A stretch of 64,000 nucleotides of DNA from Candidatus Saccharibacteria bacterium 49-20. Lineage in GTDB: Bacteria > Patescibacteriota > Saccharimonadia > Saccharimonadales > Saccharimonadaceae. Both the position numbers and the translations under genes were made by a program. Below, in pieces: positions 10,438 through 20,767 of this stretch. The stretch spans positions 672,141 to 736,140 of the forward strand of contig MKSN01000001.1 of assembly GCA_001897295.1 (NCBI GenBank), written 5' to 3'. Each line of letters opens with the position of its first letter. The first letter of the stretch is position 1. The notes under the pieces are model-generated. The model was not told the origin of the DNA, searched no databases, and worked only from the letters and a program-made list of their open reading frames with translations.

Positions 10438-12201
10438 CTATGCTGTATCTGATGTAACGCGGTTAACCTCTTCTATTGTAGTGAGACCCGTTAACGCCTT
10501 TAGGTATCCGTCCTGTCGCATGGTAATCATCCCCTGCGATACGGCAAGTCGCTGAATTTCAGCACTCGTTGCCCGTTCGACGATAAGCTTTTGGATGTCC
10601 GTGTTCACATCCATCACTTCGTAAAGACCTGCACGACCAGTGTAGCCGTGTGGCGTTTGAGGGGTATCAATTCCTCTGACTAAAGTATAAGCGCTTTGGC
10701 CTGCTAATGGTAGGTCTTTATATCCCAAATCGGCAGAAACCTTTGCAACCTCTTCTTTTGTCTTTGGCAGAAGGTGCCCAACTGTGGCAAGAATGTTTTG
10801 CGTCTCGATTGGTGACGATTGGTACGTTTCGCGCTTATTCGCCACGCGACGCACAAGGCGCTGACCAATAATAGTATTCACCGTACTGGCAATAAGGAAC
10901 GGCTCGATATTCATATCAAGAAGACGCGGAAGCACACCTGCAGCCGAGTTGGTGTGCAGCGTACTAAACACAAGGTGTCCCGTAAGCGCCGCCTGGACAG
11001 CGAGTCCCGCGGTTTCGGCGTCACGGATCTCACCTACCATCACGACGTCCGGGTCCTGACGCAGAATTGAACGAAGGCCATTGGCAAACGTAAGTCCCAC
11101 TTCGGCATTTACCTGAATCTGGTTTACCCCTGCCATCTTATACTCAACCGGGTCTTCGAGGGTCACGATATTCACCGTATCGTCTTTAATTTCTTTAATG
11201 AGTGCATACAGACTGGTCGACTTACCTGAACCGGTAGGCCCAGAGGTCAGCACCATGCCGTTTGGACGCTTGACGCCGCGACGAATCACGCGCAGTGCAC
11301 GGCCCGCATATCCCATTTCCTCGAGGTCAAAGCTATTGCCTGACTTATCAAGAAGACGGATCACAATTTGCTCGCCCCATACCACTGGGCTAATGGCGAT
11401 ACGAAGGTCGACCTCTTTGTTCGCGACCTTGACGGCGAACTGACCGTCCTGCGGGATACGGTGTTCGTCAATTTTGAGGTTTGAAAGAATCTTCACACGA
11501 CTCACCAGCGCTGGCTCAATACTTTTTGGCAGCTGCATCACTTCACGAAGCACGCCGTCGACACGACAGCGAATCTTGAGCGCCGTCTCAAGAGGTTCGA
11601 CGTGGATGTCACTGGCACGAGACTTCACCGCGTACTCGAGAATCTTACTAAGGGCTTGGCTAATTGGTGAGTCTTGGACAATCGTCTTTACATCACTCGC
11701 CTCTTCCGCCTTCAGTTCATCCTGAGACGCCTTGGCGGCTTGGTCGACGCTCGAAAGGTCGGTTTTGTACTGGTCGAGTACGTGACGCACGCCTGCTTCC
11801 GAGGCCATGAAGACCTTCAGTGGACGCTGAATACGGTTTGCGAGGTAGTCAACCGCCTGGACGTTGTTTCCGTCAAGCATGGCAACCGCAAGACGGTTTT
11901 GCACTTCAGCCAAGGGCACGGCCATAAAGCGCTCCGCGATGTCCTCTGGAAGCAGCGCAAGGATATTCTGGTCAATGAGTGTGCTCGCGAGGTTTACATA
12001 CGGCACACCTGAAACCTGCGCAATGGCGTGCGTCAAAAGCTCATCATCAATAATGTCCTGATCGGTAAGTAAGCTAAAGAGCGGCTTACTCTCTTTTGCA
12101 GCCTGCTCTTTTGTCGCGGTAATCACGTCAGCAGCAACAAGCCCTTCATCAATCAGCAGGGCTATGAGCTTTTCTTGGATGTCGTCAGTGAGGAGTGCCA
12201 T
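10438..12201 (-). CDS. pilB: Pilus assembly ATPase (GspE/PilB)
   Basis: ASDIHVEP, PQDG, GPTGSGKST, LRQDPD, LTGHLVFSTLHTN; N-terminal GspE-type domain. Confidence 0.95.
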   Translation of the reverse strand: MALLTDDIQEKLIALLIDEGLVAADVITATKEQAAKESKPLFSLLTDQDIIDDELLTHAIAQVSGVPYVNLASTLIDQNILALLPEDIAERFMAVPLAEVQNRLAVAMLDGNNVQAVDYLANRIQRPLKVFMASEAGVRHVLDQYKTDLSSVDQAAKASQDELKAEEASDVKTIVQDSPISQALSKILEYAVKSRASDIHVEPLETALKIRCRVDGVLREVMQLPKSIEPALVSRVKILSNLKIDEHRIPQDGQFAVKVANKEVDLRIAISPVVWGEQIVIRLLDKSGNSFDLEEMGYAGRALRVIRRGVKRPNGMVLTSGPTGSGKSTSLYALIKEIKDDTVNIVTLEDPVEYKMAGVNQIQVNAEVGLTFANGLRSILRQDPDVVMVGEIRDAETAGLAVQAALTGHLVFSTLHTNSAAGVLPRLLDMNIEPFLIASTVNTIIGQRLVRRVANKRETYQSSPIETQNILATVGHLLPKTKEEVAKVSADLGYKDLPLAGQSAYTLVRGIDTPQTPHGYTGRAGLYEVMDVNTDIQKLIVERATSAEIQRLAVSQGMITMRQDGYLKALTGLTTIEEVNRVTSDTA

Positions 12202-12219
12202 ATAAGCTAAGTGTCCTCC

Positions 12220-12444
12220 CTACTCGTTCGTGGGTGTAATCTGCACCTCTATGGCAGGGTTAATTGCATTTTGGTTGAAGATGTTTTGATCTGGAGGGGT
12301 TACCTCACTCTCGATGCGCTCAATTGACTTCACAGTCACCTCTTCGCTCTCAGAGCCATTGAAGATTCCGCGCGTTACAAAGAACGCGACCATCACACTC
12401 ACGACGGCAATAAGGATAATCATTGCTATATCGGTTTTTTTCAT
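12220..12444 (-). CDS. Small single-TM protein in pilus operon
   Basis: 74 aa, N-terminal TM, 4-nt overlap with upstream gene. Confidence 0.75.
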   Translation of the reverse strand: MKKTDIAMIILIAVVSVMVAFFVTRGIFNGSESEEVTVKSIERIESEVTPPDQNIFNQNAINPAIEVQITPTNE

Positions 12445-13130
12445 CGAGGCACCTTCTTATCTTGGAGTTCAATTGTCTTTGCTGGTTCGTAGAATACTTT
12501 TCCGCGCACTGTCATTTGTGGCGTTCCCTGAATTTCAATACGAACTGAAGTTACCTGCACGGTACGGATTGAACGTTCGAGGTTCACGAGTACTTGCTTA
12601 AAGGCATCGAGTGAACCCTTTACTTGGAACTGGAATGTAATCTCGTTACCGGCTGCGTCGCCTTCTGCTGGCGCCGCTGCGTCGTCAGATGCCAGTGTTT
12701 CAACACCCACAATTGGGTCAACCTGTAGTGATTCAATCGAAAGCCCATCAATACCTACAAGCAGCTTGTTTTGCAGTGACGAACCAAATGCGAATGAGTT
12801 TGGCTCAGATGGGAGTGCGTCAAGAATTACCTGGAGCGCTTGGTCTTGCTCGTTTGCTTTTACGCTTGAGAGTGCCACATTCGTATCGAGTACACGGACT
12901 TGATCTTCAAGTTCTTTCACAACAGAGTTATTGTGTTCGAGCGTCGAGACAGTGTTTTGCTTTTCTGCGAGGACTTTCTCGTTGTAGATAAGCTTCTGTG
13001 CCATGAAGATACTTACCACCAGTGCTGAACCAACCAGCGCAGACGCAATCGCGATCCAAATGAACATCGTCTTGTTGGCGTTGGCGATTTGGGTTCGCTT
13101 ACGAATTGCTACATCATTACCTTGTTTCAT
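12441..13130 (-). CDS. pilO: PilO-like alignment protein
   Basis: TM plus coiled coil plus V.GS....Q.L..LERS.R ferredoxin-like end; follows pilM and pilN. Confidence 0.7.
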   Translation of the reverse strand: MKQGNDVAIRKRTQIANANKTMFIWIAIASALVGSALVVSIFMAQKLIYNEKVLAEKQNTVSTLEHNNSVVKELEDQVRVLDTNVALSSVKANEQDQALQVILDALPSEPNSFAFGSSLQNKLLVGIDGLSIESLQVDPIVGVETLASDDAAAPAEGDAAGNEITFQFQVKGSLDAFKQVLVNLERSIRTVQVTSVRIEIQGTPQMTVRGKVFYEPAKTIELQDKKVPR

Positions 13131-13131
13131 A

Positions 13132-13848
13132 CTACAAATCCGTCGCCCTTTCCTCAAAGATCTTCCTTGGAATACCTAGGTAAGAGTCGGTGACGTTACC
13201 GTCAACACTGAGCTTAATTGCGATACCGCTAATATTTGGCGAGAAGGCTTTCTCTGCATAGGTAAATGTCAGCACAAAACGCAGGACCAAGTTGTTGTCG
13301 GCGTCCCTTCCGTAGCTCGTGTCGGTCACACTAATGTCGCTCGCGAGGTCGACGGTGGTTTGCTCTTCTGTTTCAGGTTCGGTGTAGGTCAGTGTTGCGC
13401 TATCAAGGGTCTTCTTAAAGAGCTCCATGCTGTCGTAGCCGCGAGTCTGGCCTTCAAGGCGAACGGTTTTCTCTTCTGCGTCGATAGTGATTTGTGACAT
13501 GCGTGCATCGTTTGGTGCCGGTGGCACAACTGCCGAAAGGATATCGAATACGCGTGAATCAACGTTCTTTGCGCTATTGAGCTCACTTACCTTGTTGAGT
13601 TGGTTCTGAATGGTCAAAATCTTCGAAAGGTCCTCTACCTTTGCAAGCTTTTCAGAACCTTCTTTGATTTGGCCGTCCAAAATTGCGCTGCGTACGTTTT
13701 GGGCACCAAAGACATAGGCCACCAATGCGACCACAAGACCCGCCGCGATAATACTCACAAGGATTGAGCTTGAAATAACGGTCGCGCGCATACGCTGCGC
13801 ACGGAGAAGCTCCTGCTTTACATCGGGGATGAGGTTAATTTCAATCAT
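13132..13848 (-). CDS. pilN: PilN-like alignment protein
   Basis: N-terminal INLIP motif then TM and coiled coil. Confidence 0.85.
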   Translation of the reverse strand: MIEINLIPDVKQELLRAQRMRATVISSSILVSIIAAGLVVALVAYVFGAQNVRSAILDGQIKEGSEKLAKVEDLSKILTIQNQLNKVSELNSAKNVDSRVFDILSAVVPPAPNDARMSQITIDAEEKTVRLEGQTRGYDSMELFKKTLDSATLTYTEPETEEQTTVDLASDISVTDTSYGRDADNNLVLRFVLTFTYAEKAFSPNISGIAIKLSVDGNVTDSYLGIPRKIFEERATDL

Positions 13849-14891
13849 ATACGCGTCTTCCTTTGCGCGAGGCCAATTGCCGCAGCATATTCTGTCGCAA
13901 CGGTCATAAGCTGCTGCTGGTCACCCTGTGACACGCGGACGCGCTGCCATGGGTTTGCAAGGCTCGACTGAATCCCAGTCTTACCGCTGACATATTCACC
14001 AAAACCAGGCACCACTGAACCGAAGCCGGAAAGCATAATGCCGCCTACTGGAGTGTTAGGGTAGCGAGTTTGGAAGAACTTGATTGACTTGATAAGTTCG
14101 ACTGCGAAGTTGTCGAGTGTACCTTCAATCGCGCGGTAGACCTGACCTTCAAGGCGGTCTGGCGCAAGACCAAACTTCAAAATGAACTGGCGCGCTTGGT
14201 CTTCTTGAACGTTAAGGTTTTGGACCGCAGCCTTAATAAGCGACTTAAGTCCCGTAGGAATCGTACGGACGAGTCGCGGTGCATCACCAAAGGTAATCGC
14301 AAGGTCGGTTGACTGCTCGCCCACATCGATAATAAGACGAGCATCCGCAACACCAGAAGGCAACAGTGAGCGGATCATCGCGAGTGGATCTGGTTCAGCA
14401 GCAATCACGTTAAGGCCGAGGCTCTCGACAAATTCGAGGCGCTCTTCAGCGTAGGTGTTTGAAGTACTTGCAATAAGGACTTCTTGCATCTTAGGGTCGT
14501 GCAGTGACGTACCGAGCAGCGCCCAGTCTACCTTCGCCTCGTTAACCGCCATAGGAATGTACTGATCAACTTGGTATTTGATGGTGTTTCGAAGTTCGTT
14601 TTCGGGCATGACAGGAACTTCAATCACAGTAGTGAAGGTCTTGCTTGAAGGGAGGCCGATCACCACGTTCTTCGTCTTAATACCGCTCTGCCCTACCGCG
14701 GTCATAATCACTTCGCCGAGTTTACGCATCGCTTCAGGTGAAGATGCGGCGGCAATTTTTTCATCGAGAGGCGCGTACCCAAAGTGAACGAGGTTCCATC
14801 CGTCAGACCCCGCAGGAGCTAGCTGAACAACACGAACAGCGTTCGTTCCTATGTCTAGTGCAAAAAAGTCGCCCACGCCATGTACTGCCAT
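13845..14891 (-). CDS. pilM: Type IV pilus assembly protein PilM
   Basis: Actin-like LDIGTNAVR, IDVG, LSGFG, AAAIGLA motifs. Confidence 0.93.
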   Translation of the reverse strand: MAVHGVGDFFALDIGTNAVRVVQLAPAGSDGWNLVHFGYAPLDEKIAAASSPEAMRKLGEVIMTAVGQSGIKTKNVVIGLPSSKTFTTVIEVPVMPENELRNTIKYQVDQYIPMAVNEAKVDWALLGTSLHDPKMQEVLIASTSNTYAEERLEFVESLGLNVIAAEPDPLAMIRSLLPSGVADARLIIDVGEQSTDLAITFGDAPRLVRTIPTGLKSLIKAAVQNLNVQEDQARQFILKFGLAPDRLEGQVYRAIEGTLDNFAVELIKSIKFFQTRYPNTPVGGIMLSGFGSVVPGFGEYVSGKTGIQSSLANPWQRVRVSQGDQQQLMTVATEYAAAIGLAQRKTRI

Positions 14892-14952
14892 ATTGTCCCT
14901 CATTATAGGAAAGCGTTAGCGGAATAGCAATACATTTTTCCCTTGTTTTTAT

Positions 14953-16782
14953 CTAGAAGCGCGGCGGAAGTTCTTTTGTCGTGACGGTCGGCAAACGGCC
15001 GGTTCCCGGGCTATAGCTTGTTGCCCAAATGTAGGCATCGGCGCGAAGGTTAAATACCTCGGCTGGGTCATCTGCGGCCGCGCCAGACCCCGCCCCTGCC
15101 GTACGGCGAAGCAGTAAGTGGTTGGCAGAAATTGGGCCGTTAATCGTCAGCTTGGTGTTACAAATAGTCGCGTTCACCGTGGTTGTTTGCGAAACCGCGC
15201 CCGCTCCACACGTATTAATGATGCCGTTTTGTGCAGCCGGTGACGTCGTGTCACTACCCACCGCGATGAGCCACGCATCAATGTTAGTGACCGCACTCGA
15301 AATAATGATATTCTTCGCAATAATCACGGCCTGCGGAATGTCTTCGACACTTGTCAGTGGAGTTGTCGTGTAGTTAATGTTGTTCGTAATTGTCACCGTT
15401 GTATTTGGCGCATTAATCACCACCCACTTCCCCGATCCAATTGCACTTCCACCCGTCACATATGCATTGGTCGCGTTCGAGGTGTAAAGGCGTGGCGCCG
15501 ATGGCGATGAGATAAGCGAGCTAAGGCTCACCGGGCTCGCCGCAGTACTCGCCGGTAAGTTAGGCGTTGCCGTCGAACCAGACGTCACAACTGGGAAGCG
15601 TGAAGCGATATTTGGTGCAATTGTACTGGTTGCGTAGCGCCCCTGCGTGACACCCGAGCCACAGGCGCTCGTGCCTGCATTCGAGAACGTGAGGTAATTA
15701 AGTGCACAGGTATTCACCGACCCGACACCCCCTACGAATCCAGAGCCTGATGACATACCTGTCACCGTACCAGTTGGAATGAGTGCGTATTCACCCCATG
15801 AGCCATAGTAACGTCCCGTATCGGCACGTGACACCGAAGTAACAATGTTTGAGGTACGCGATGCATTCGTTGCGGTGCCGCGACCCACAATTAGGTCACC
15901 GCCAATCACCTGAACCTTTGGCTTTTTGGCGACAATCACACAGGCGGCCGAGGATTCCGTCCAACCCGCGTTATCACGCCCTGCTGGAGAGGCACTCGTG
16001 GCTCTACAGAGCCGTCTTCCGAAGTCAGATGGCTGTACGGTATAGCTTGAGTTTGCCCCTGCACTTCCGCCTGGATCCGTACCAGACCCAAAGCCCCAGT
16101 CTGGACCAGCGCTATTCGTCCAGTCTCCCCTGTTTTGATAGTGCCACGTCACGTGACGCGTTGTGCGTCCCGGGCCGTTATTACTCACATAGTGAGTCCA
16201 GGTAATAGTGTCGCCTACCTCAGCCACGCTCATATTGGCACTTGAAGATACCGAGATAGTCCACGGGGTTTGCCCGTAACAGAACCACTCAAGGTTTGAA
16301 CCCCAAGTAAGACCTGACGTACCACTAATCCCCTGCGCAAGCGCTTCGTTATAGTAGTTGTGCACCTGGCTAATGCCCTCCGCACCGTAGTAGTGCGCAT
16401 TTGTATAGCCTGAGTACGGTGGCCCTTCGGAACTAATACCGTTATTTGCATCAAAGGCAAAGGCACGCTCAAGGCCGGCACCGTTACGCACCACATAAAT
16501 CCACACCGACTGCACATCGCGACAGATATTTTGCACCTCGCCCCAACTCCATCGGCGGCCAAGCGTCGTAAATCCGCCACTAGGCCCGCTGCCTGTGACA
16601 TCATATTTCTTCCATGCAAAGCCGTTGTCTGTACAGTAGTTTGTACACGCGCCAGACCCACCACCACCGGCGCCCTGACCGTGGACATTCGCCACAAAGA
16701 GAAAACCGCTCGCAAGCACAACGAGCCCACCTACCAGTGCAGCGTATCGAGCCCATTGACTACGCAGTATCAGCGATTTCAT
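14953..16782 (-). CDS. Secreted Cys/Gly/Thr-rich surface protein, paralog 1 (ends ELPPRF)
   Basis: Signal peptide, Ig-like middle segment, beta-rich C-terminal domain; alignable to 16851..18734. Confidence 0.85.
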   Translation of the reverse strand: MKSLILRSQWARYAALVGGLVVLASGFLFVANVHGQGAGGGGSGACTNYCTDNGFAWKKYDVTGSGPSGGFTTLGRRWSWGEVQNICRDVQSVWIYVVRNGAGLERAFAFDANNGISSEGPPYSGYTNAHYYGAEGISQVHNYYNEALAQGISGTSGLTWGSNLEWFCYGQTPWTISVSSSANMSVAEVGDTITWTHYVSNNGPGRTTRHVTWHYQNRGDWTNSAGPDWGFGSGTDPGGSAGANSSYTVQPSDFGRRLCRATSASPAGRDNAGWTESSAACVIVAKKPKVQVIGGDLIVGRGTATNASRTSNIVTSVSRADTGRYYGSWGEYALIPTGTVTGMSSGSGFVGGVGSVNTCALNYLTFSNAGTSACGSGVTQGRYATSTIAPNIASRFPVVTSGSTATPNLPASTAASPVSLSSLISSPSAPRLYTSNATNAYVTGGSAIGSGKWVVINAPNTTVTITNNINYTTTPLTSVEDIPQAVIIAKNIIISSAVTNIDAWLIAVGSDTTSPAAQNGIINTCGAGAVSQTTTVNATICNTKLTINGPISANHLLLRRTAGAGSGAAADDPAEVFNLRADAYIWATSYSPGTGRLPTVTTKELPPRF

Positions 16783-16850
16783 ATTAGGTTAATCATAAGC
16801 CTTTTAGGGCTTCGCCGCAAGGTCTCGAGGCGAGTTTACACCCCTATAAA

Positions 16851-18734
16851 CTAGAACCTAGGGGGCACTTCAATAATCGAAGTTGTCTCAGCGCGATTGT
16901 TTACATCGAGTGATTTTGCCCAAAGATAGGCATCGGCACGAAGATTAAAGGATTCTGCAGATTGTGCGATTGTTGCGCCACTTTCTGCGCCAAACGTACG
17001 ATACAAAAGCAGTCGGTTCACCATCACGGGGCCGTTTATGGTCAGGTTCTTGTTACAATTCGCACCTCGCAGATCAGCCATTTTACTCACTGCGCCACAG
17101 GTCACCAACATGCCATCGTTGCCCGTACCACGCCCCACCAGCCAGGCGTCAACGCTTGTCACACTATCTTTAATAATGATATTTTTCGCAATAATAATCA
17201 CCTGCGGAATGTCGCGAATCGTCTTCAGCGCACCAGTTGCATACTCGATATTTTGATCAATATACACCGTATTGTCGGGCACGTGGATCACCACCCATTT
17301 GCCCTTCGGGATCTTCTCCGACGATGTAAGGTGGACTGCGTCTTTGCTTGTATATACTTTCGTGCTGTCGAGCGTCTTGATATCTGTTGAAGTAGGAGTC
17401 TTTAAGTCGGTCGCGCGGTCAGCCGAGAACCTAGCGGCAAGCGCACTCGCCTGCGACGATGAGGTACTGTACTTGCCTATTTGCTTACTATCGCATTTCG
17501 ATGAATCGTCAGTACGGTTATTTCCAAACGTAAGATAACTGACCGCACATAAATCGCCAGTCGTACGACCACCAGCAAATCCAGAGCCAGACGCCATACC
17601 CGTCACCAGCCCCTTACTTGCGATGCCATACTCAACCCACGATCCGTAGTACTTGCCGTCGCGGTAGCTTACAGCCGTATCAACTGAATTCGCGCGCACC
17701 TCGCCACCCAACACATGTACCTTTGGTCGCTTAATAATCAGCACACACTGCTCGTCCGATTTGGTCGAACCACCAGTATTTTTCGCAGGTTCGGCGTAGG
17801 TGTAGCGGCACAGATTCTTGCCGTAATCGGATGGTTTTACAAGATACGTTGACGTCTTGGAGTCCTTCGCGTCCTTCGCTTTGCGAGCGGTAAACTTCCA
17901 GCTCTCTGCGGTGCCCGTGCCAAGACCCTGCTCGTTATCGGCTCGCCAGGTAATGTCGACGTTCGTCTGATTTGCACCATTATTTTTTATGGTGTGCGCC
18001 CAGGTAATTGTTTCGCCCGGCTCGGCATACTCGCGGTCACGCGCCGTAGTCACCGTGACACTCCATGGTGGATTATCACTCCAACAAAACCACCCCACAC
18101 TCCAGCCCCAAGAGGCTCGATCGCCGCCCGCGCCTTCATACTTAGCGCGAACCGAACGCACCACCTCGTCAGCCGTGCCATAGCCACTAGCTCCGCCGTA
18201 CCGTGCCGAGCCGTCATGCACACCATCCGCATTGTATTCATATGGGTCACCACCCGCGCCTGGTCGATCTATCCACCAGTCTTTTGACGGATACTTCGCA
18301 GCACCACCATTGTTGTTGTCGGGGTTGAAGTTATCCCTGTAATACTCGTAGGTGTTTTGGAACGTAAAGCTCTTCTCCTTACCCGTTGAGTTGCGCACCA
18401 CATACACCCATACCTTGTTCGAGCCCGCCGCACTACACTTCCCCGCAACGCTATTCTTATCGTTCACGTTTCCCCAGTAGCCCGAGTAAAAACCGCCCGA
18501 AGGCCCAGTGGTATCAGACACATCATAGAGCTTCCAACCATGCCCCTTGCTTGTCCAGTAGTCTCCGCTTGCGCCGCTCGAAGTTCCCGGATTTCCCGAT
18601 ACAAATTCAGCGTGCGTTGAAGAGGTTGAAAGCAAGGTGGCGATAGCTACGACGGTCACCGCAATAACCGCACCCCCAATAAGTACGGTCGGCTGCCTCC
18701 ACTGCCCACGATGAAATGGCATCTTCATATGCAT
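16851..18734 (-). CDS. Secreted surface protein, paralog 2 (ends EVPPRF)
   Basis: Signal peptide ending THA; shares WVYVVRN, YYGSW.EY, GMASGSG, IPQ.IIIAKNI.I, FNLRADAY.W with its neighbour. Confidence 0.85.
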   Translation of the reverse strand: MHMKMPFHRGQWRQPTVLIGGAVIAVTVVAIATLLSTSSTHAEFVSGNPGTSSGASGDYWTSKGHGWKLYDVSDTTGPSGGFYSGYWGNVNDKNSVAGKCSAAGSNKVWVYVVRNSTGKEKSFTFQNTYEYYRDNFNPDNNNGGAAKYPSKDWWIDRPGAGGDPYEYNADGVHDGSARYGGASGYGTADEVVRSVRAKYEGAGGDRASWGWSVGWFCWSDNPPWSVTVTTARDREYAEPGETITWAHTIKNNGANQTNVDITWRADNEQGLGTGTAESWKFTARKAKDAKDSKTSTYLVKPSDYGKNLCRYTYAEPAKNTGGSTKSDEQCVLIIKRPKVHVLGGEVRANSVDTAVSYRDGKYYGSWVEYGIASKGLVTGMASGSGFAGGRTTGDLCAVSYLTFGNNRTDDSSKCDSKQIGKYSTSSSQASALAARFSADRATDLKTPTSTDIKTLDSTKVYTSKDAVHLTSSEKIPKGKWVVIHVPDNTVYIDQNIEYATGALKTIRDIPQVIIIAKNIIIKDSVTSVDAWLVGRGTGNDGMLVTCGAVSKMADLRGANCNKNLTINGPVMVNRLLLYRTFGAESGATIAQSAESFNLRADAYLWAKSLDVNNRAETTSIIEVPPRF

Positions 18735-18811
18735 TAAGCATATGCTAAACTGGGCAAACTTCCAATAGGTTAAGTACCGTCACTCACCCCTGTCGTGGTA
18801 TACTATTCACT

Positions 18812-19894
18812 ATGAGTTTATCTATTGGAATCGTGGGACTCCCGAATGTCGGCAAGTCTACACTCTTTAACGCCCTGACTGACAATAATATTTTGGCAGC
18901 CAACTACCCTTTCGCAACGATTGAGCCAAACACAGGTATTATCGCAGTACCTGATGATCGTCTTGAGGTACTACAAAAAATGTATTCAGCAGAAAAGCTT
19001 ATTCCGGCGACGGTTACTTTTGTTGATATCGCCGGCCTTGTTGCGGGTGCAAGTAAGGGCGAAGGTCTTGGCAACAAGTTCCTCGCAAATATTCGTGAGT
19101 GTGACGCGATTGCCCACGTAGTCCGTGCGTTTGAAGATTCAGATGTCACCCACGTCAACGACCGCGTTGACCCTATCGCCGACATTGAAATCATCAACAC
19201 CGAGCTTATCTTGGCTGACCTTCAATCGATTGAGCGCCACATTCCAAAGCTCGAGCGCGAGGCGAAGGCCAACCCCTCTGCTCGTGGGCAAATTGAAGAA
19301 TTAAAAAAGCTCCAAGCAGAGCTTGAAGCCGGCAAGCTTGCCTCTTCGGTTGAAGGGTTGAGCAAAGAAGTTATCCAAAGCCTGCAGCTACTAAGCGCAA
19401 AGCCAGTTATTTATGTCTTTAACGTCGACGAGTTCACCCTTGGTAACGATGCCCGTAAGGCCGAACTTGCCGAGCTCGTTGCACCTTCTGATAGTGTATT
19501 TATTTGTGCAAAACTTGAAGAGGAACTTCGAGGACTCGCTAAAGATGATGCCGCTGAACTTCTCGCCTCTTACGACGTGACCGAATCTGGCCTTTCGCAA
19601 CTTGCGCGCGTCGCGTACCACACCCTTGGGCTTCAAAGCTACCTGACCGCCGGACCAAAAGAGGTGCGCGCCTGGACAATTAAACAGGGCTCGACCGCCC
19701 CACAGGCCGCTGGTGTCATTCACACCGACTTCGAAAAGGGCTTCATCGCCGCAGCAATTGTTGATTATGATGACTTCGTGACCGCAGGTTCTGAACAAGC
19801 CGCAAAGGCTGCCGGTAAGCTTCGCACCGAAGGGCGCGACTATATCATGCGCCCAGGCGATATTGTTGAATTCCGCTTCAACGTCAGTAAATAA
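18812..19894 (+). CDS. ychF: Redox-regulated ATPase YchF
   Basis: GIVGLPNVGKSTLFN, ANYPFATIEPN, DIAGLV, AGVIHTDFEKGFI. Confidence 0.98.
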   Translation: MSLSIGIVGLPNVGKSTLFNALTDNNILAANYPFATIEPNTGIIAVPDDRLEVLQKMYSAEKLIPATVTFVDIAGLVAGASKGEGLGNKFLANIRECDAIAHVVRAFEDSDVTHVNDRVDPIADIEIINTELILADLQSIERHIPKLEREAKANPSARGQIEELKKLQAELEAGKLASSVEGLSKEVIQSLQLLSAKPVIYVFNVDEFTLGNDARKAELAELVAPSDSVFICAKLEEELRGLAKDDAAELLASYDVTESGLSQLARVAYHTLGLQSYLTAGPKEVRAWTIKQGSTAPQAAGVIHTDFEKGFIAAAIVDYDDFVTAGSEQAAKAAGKLRTEGRDYIMRPGDIVEFRFNVSK

Positions 19895-19914
19895 TTTCTC
19901 CCTAAAAAAGAAGC

Positions 19915-19940
19915 AAGCCCCGGATTAACCGGGGCTTTTT
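19915..19940. terminator. Probable bidirectional terminator between ychF and sortase
   Basis: aagccccggattaaccggggcttttt. Confidence 0.75.
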
Positions 19941-19993
19941 GCCACTTCACCACTCGTTTCGACCGCACCCGCGGACCGCCTCACCCCGAAGGG

Positions 19994-20767
19994 CTAATTG
20001 AGGCGGTCCGCGAGACGGGACTCGAGGTGTTCATTGGAGGCAGACTCTTCCACCAGCGGCTCCGGGTACTGGACCTGAAGCACGACGGCAGTATTCTGCG
20101 TGGTGTGACCATCTTGGCGCGGGCCGTCCCGGTTGCAGGTCACGAAGACCCACTTGCCAGGCTGTGGCTCGGGGCTGAACACCCGTCCGTCCTGCGAGAA
20201 GTCCGACTTACTGATGTCGAACACCTCTTGGACGACGAGCGTCACCGTTTCGCCACAGGCAGTCACCGTCACAACGTCACCCGGCTTAAAGTCGGTGATG
20301 TGATCGAACACCGCGCCAACCCCGAGATCGAGGTAGGCGTGGCCGTACACATACACCGCATCTTCAGCCTGCGTCGACATGACGCTGTAGATGTTGTCGT
20401 GACGGTAGTAGCCAGAGTACCAGACGGCCTGCGAGACTTCGGGCGGATTGACTCCACCTTCAGCCTGCGCCTGCTCGTATGTGTACTCCCCCACCTCCGC
20501 CTCCAGTCCAATGGACGGGGCGGAAATGTGAGCCGCAGTGCATGCGGCCGGCCTGGGTGTGGGCGTTGGGGTCGGCGTGGGTGCTTCCGTCGGGGTTGCC
20601 GACGGAGTGGGCTCACGCGTCACCGTCGGACTTGGCGAAGGATCCGCAGCGCTCGTGGGGGGCGTGCCGAACGTCAGGTATGCACCTGCCGCAAGCGACA
20701 CGACCCCCAGAGCAACTACGAGGACCGCCAAGACGCGACGCACACGACGACGCGTCTTGCGAGCCAT
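19994..20767 (-). CDS. Class F-like sortase, GC-rich
   Basis: N-terminal TM, Pro/Thr linker, ISAPSIGL, AVWY, YVYGH...GAVF..PGD.V.V, FVTC (His/Cys catalytic pair). Confidence 0.85.
   Translation of the reverse strand: MARKTRRRVRRVLAVLVVALGVVSLAAGAYLTFGTPPTSAADPSPSPTVTREPTPSATPTEAPTPTPTPTPRPAACTAAHISAPSIGLEAEVGEYTYEQAQAEGGVNPPEVSQAVWYSGYYRHDNIYSVMSTQAEDAVYVYGHAYLDLGVGAVFDHITDFKPGDVVTVTACGETVTLVVQEVFDISKSDFSQDGRVFSPEPQPGKWVFVTCNRDGPRQDGHTTQNTAVVLQVQYPEPLVEESASNEHLESRLADRLN

Noticed and set aside
3173..14891. Absence of PilQ/PilP as a defect, or the locus being a T2SS
   Set aside because: PilT and PilM/N/O indicate type IV pili; a secretin is not expected in an organism without an outer membrane
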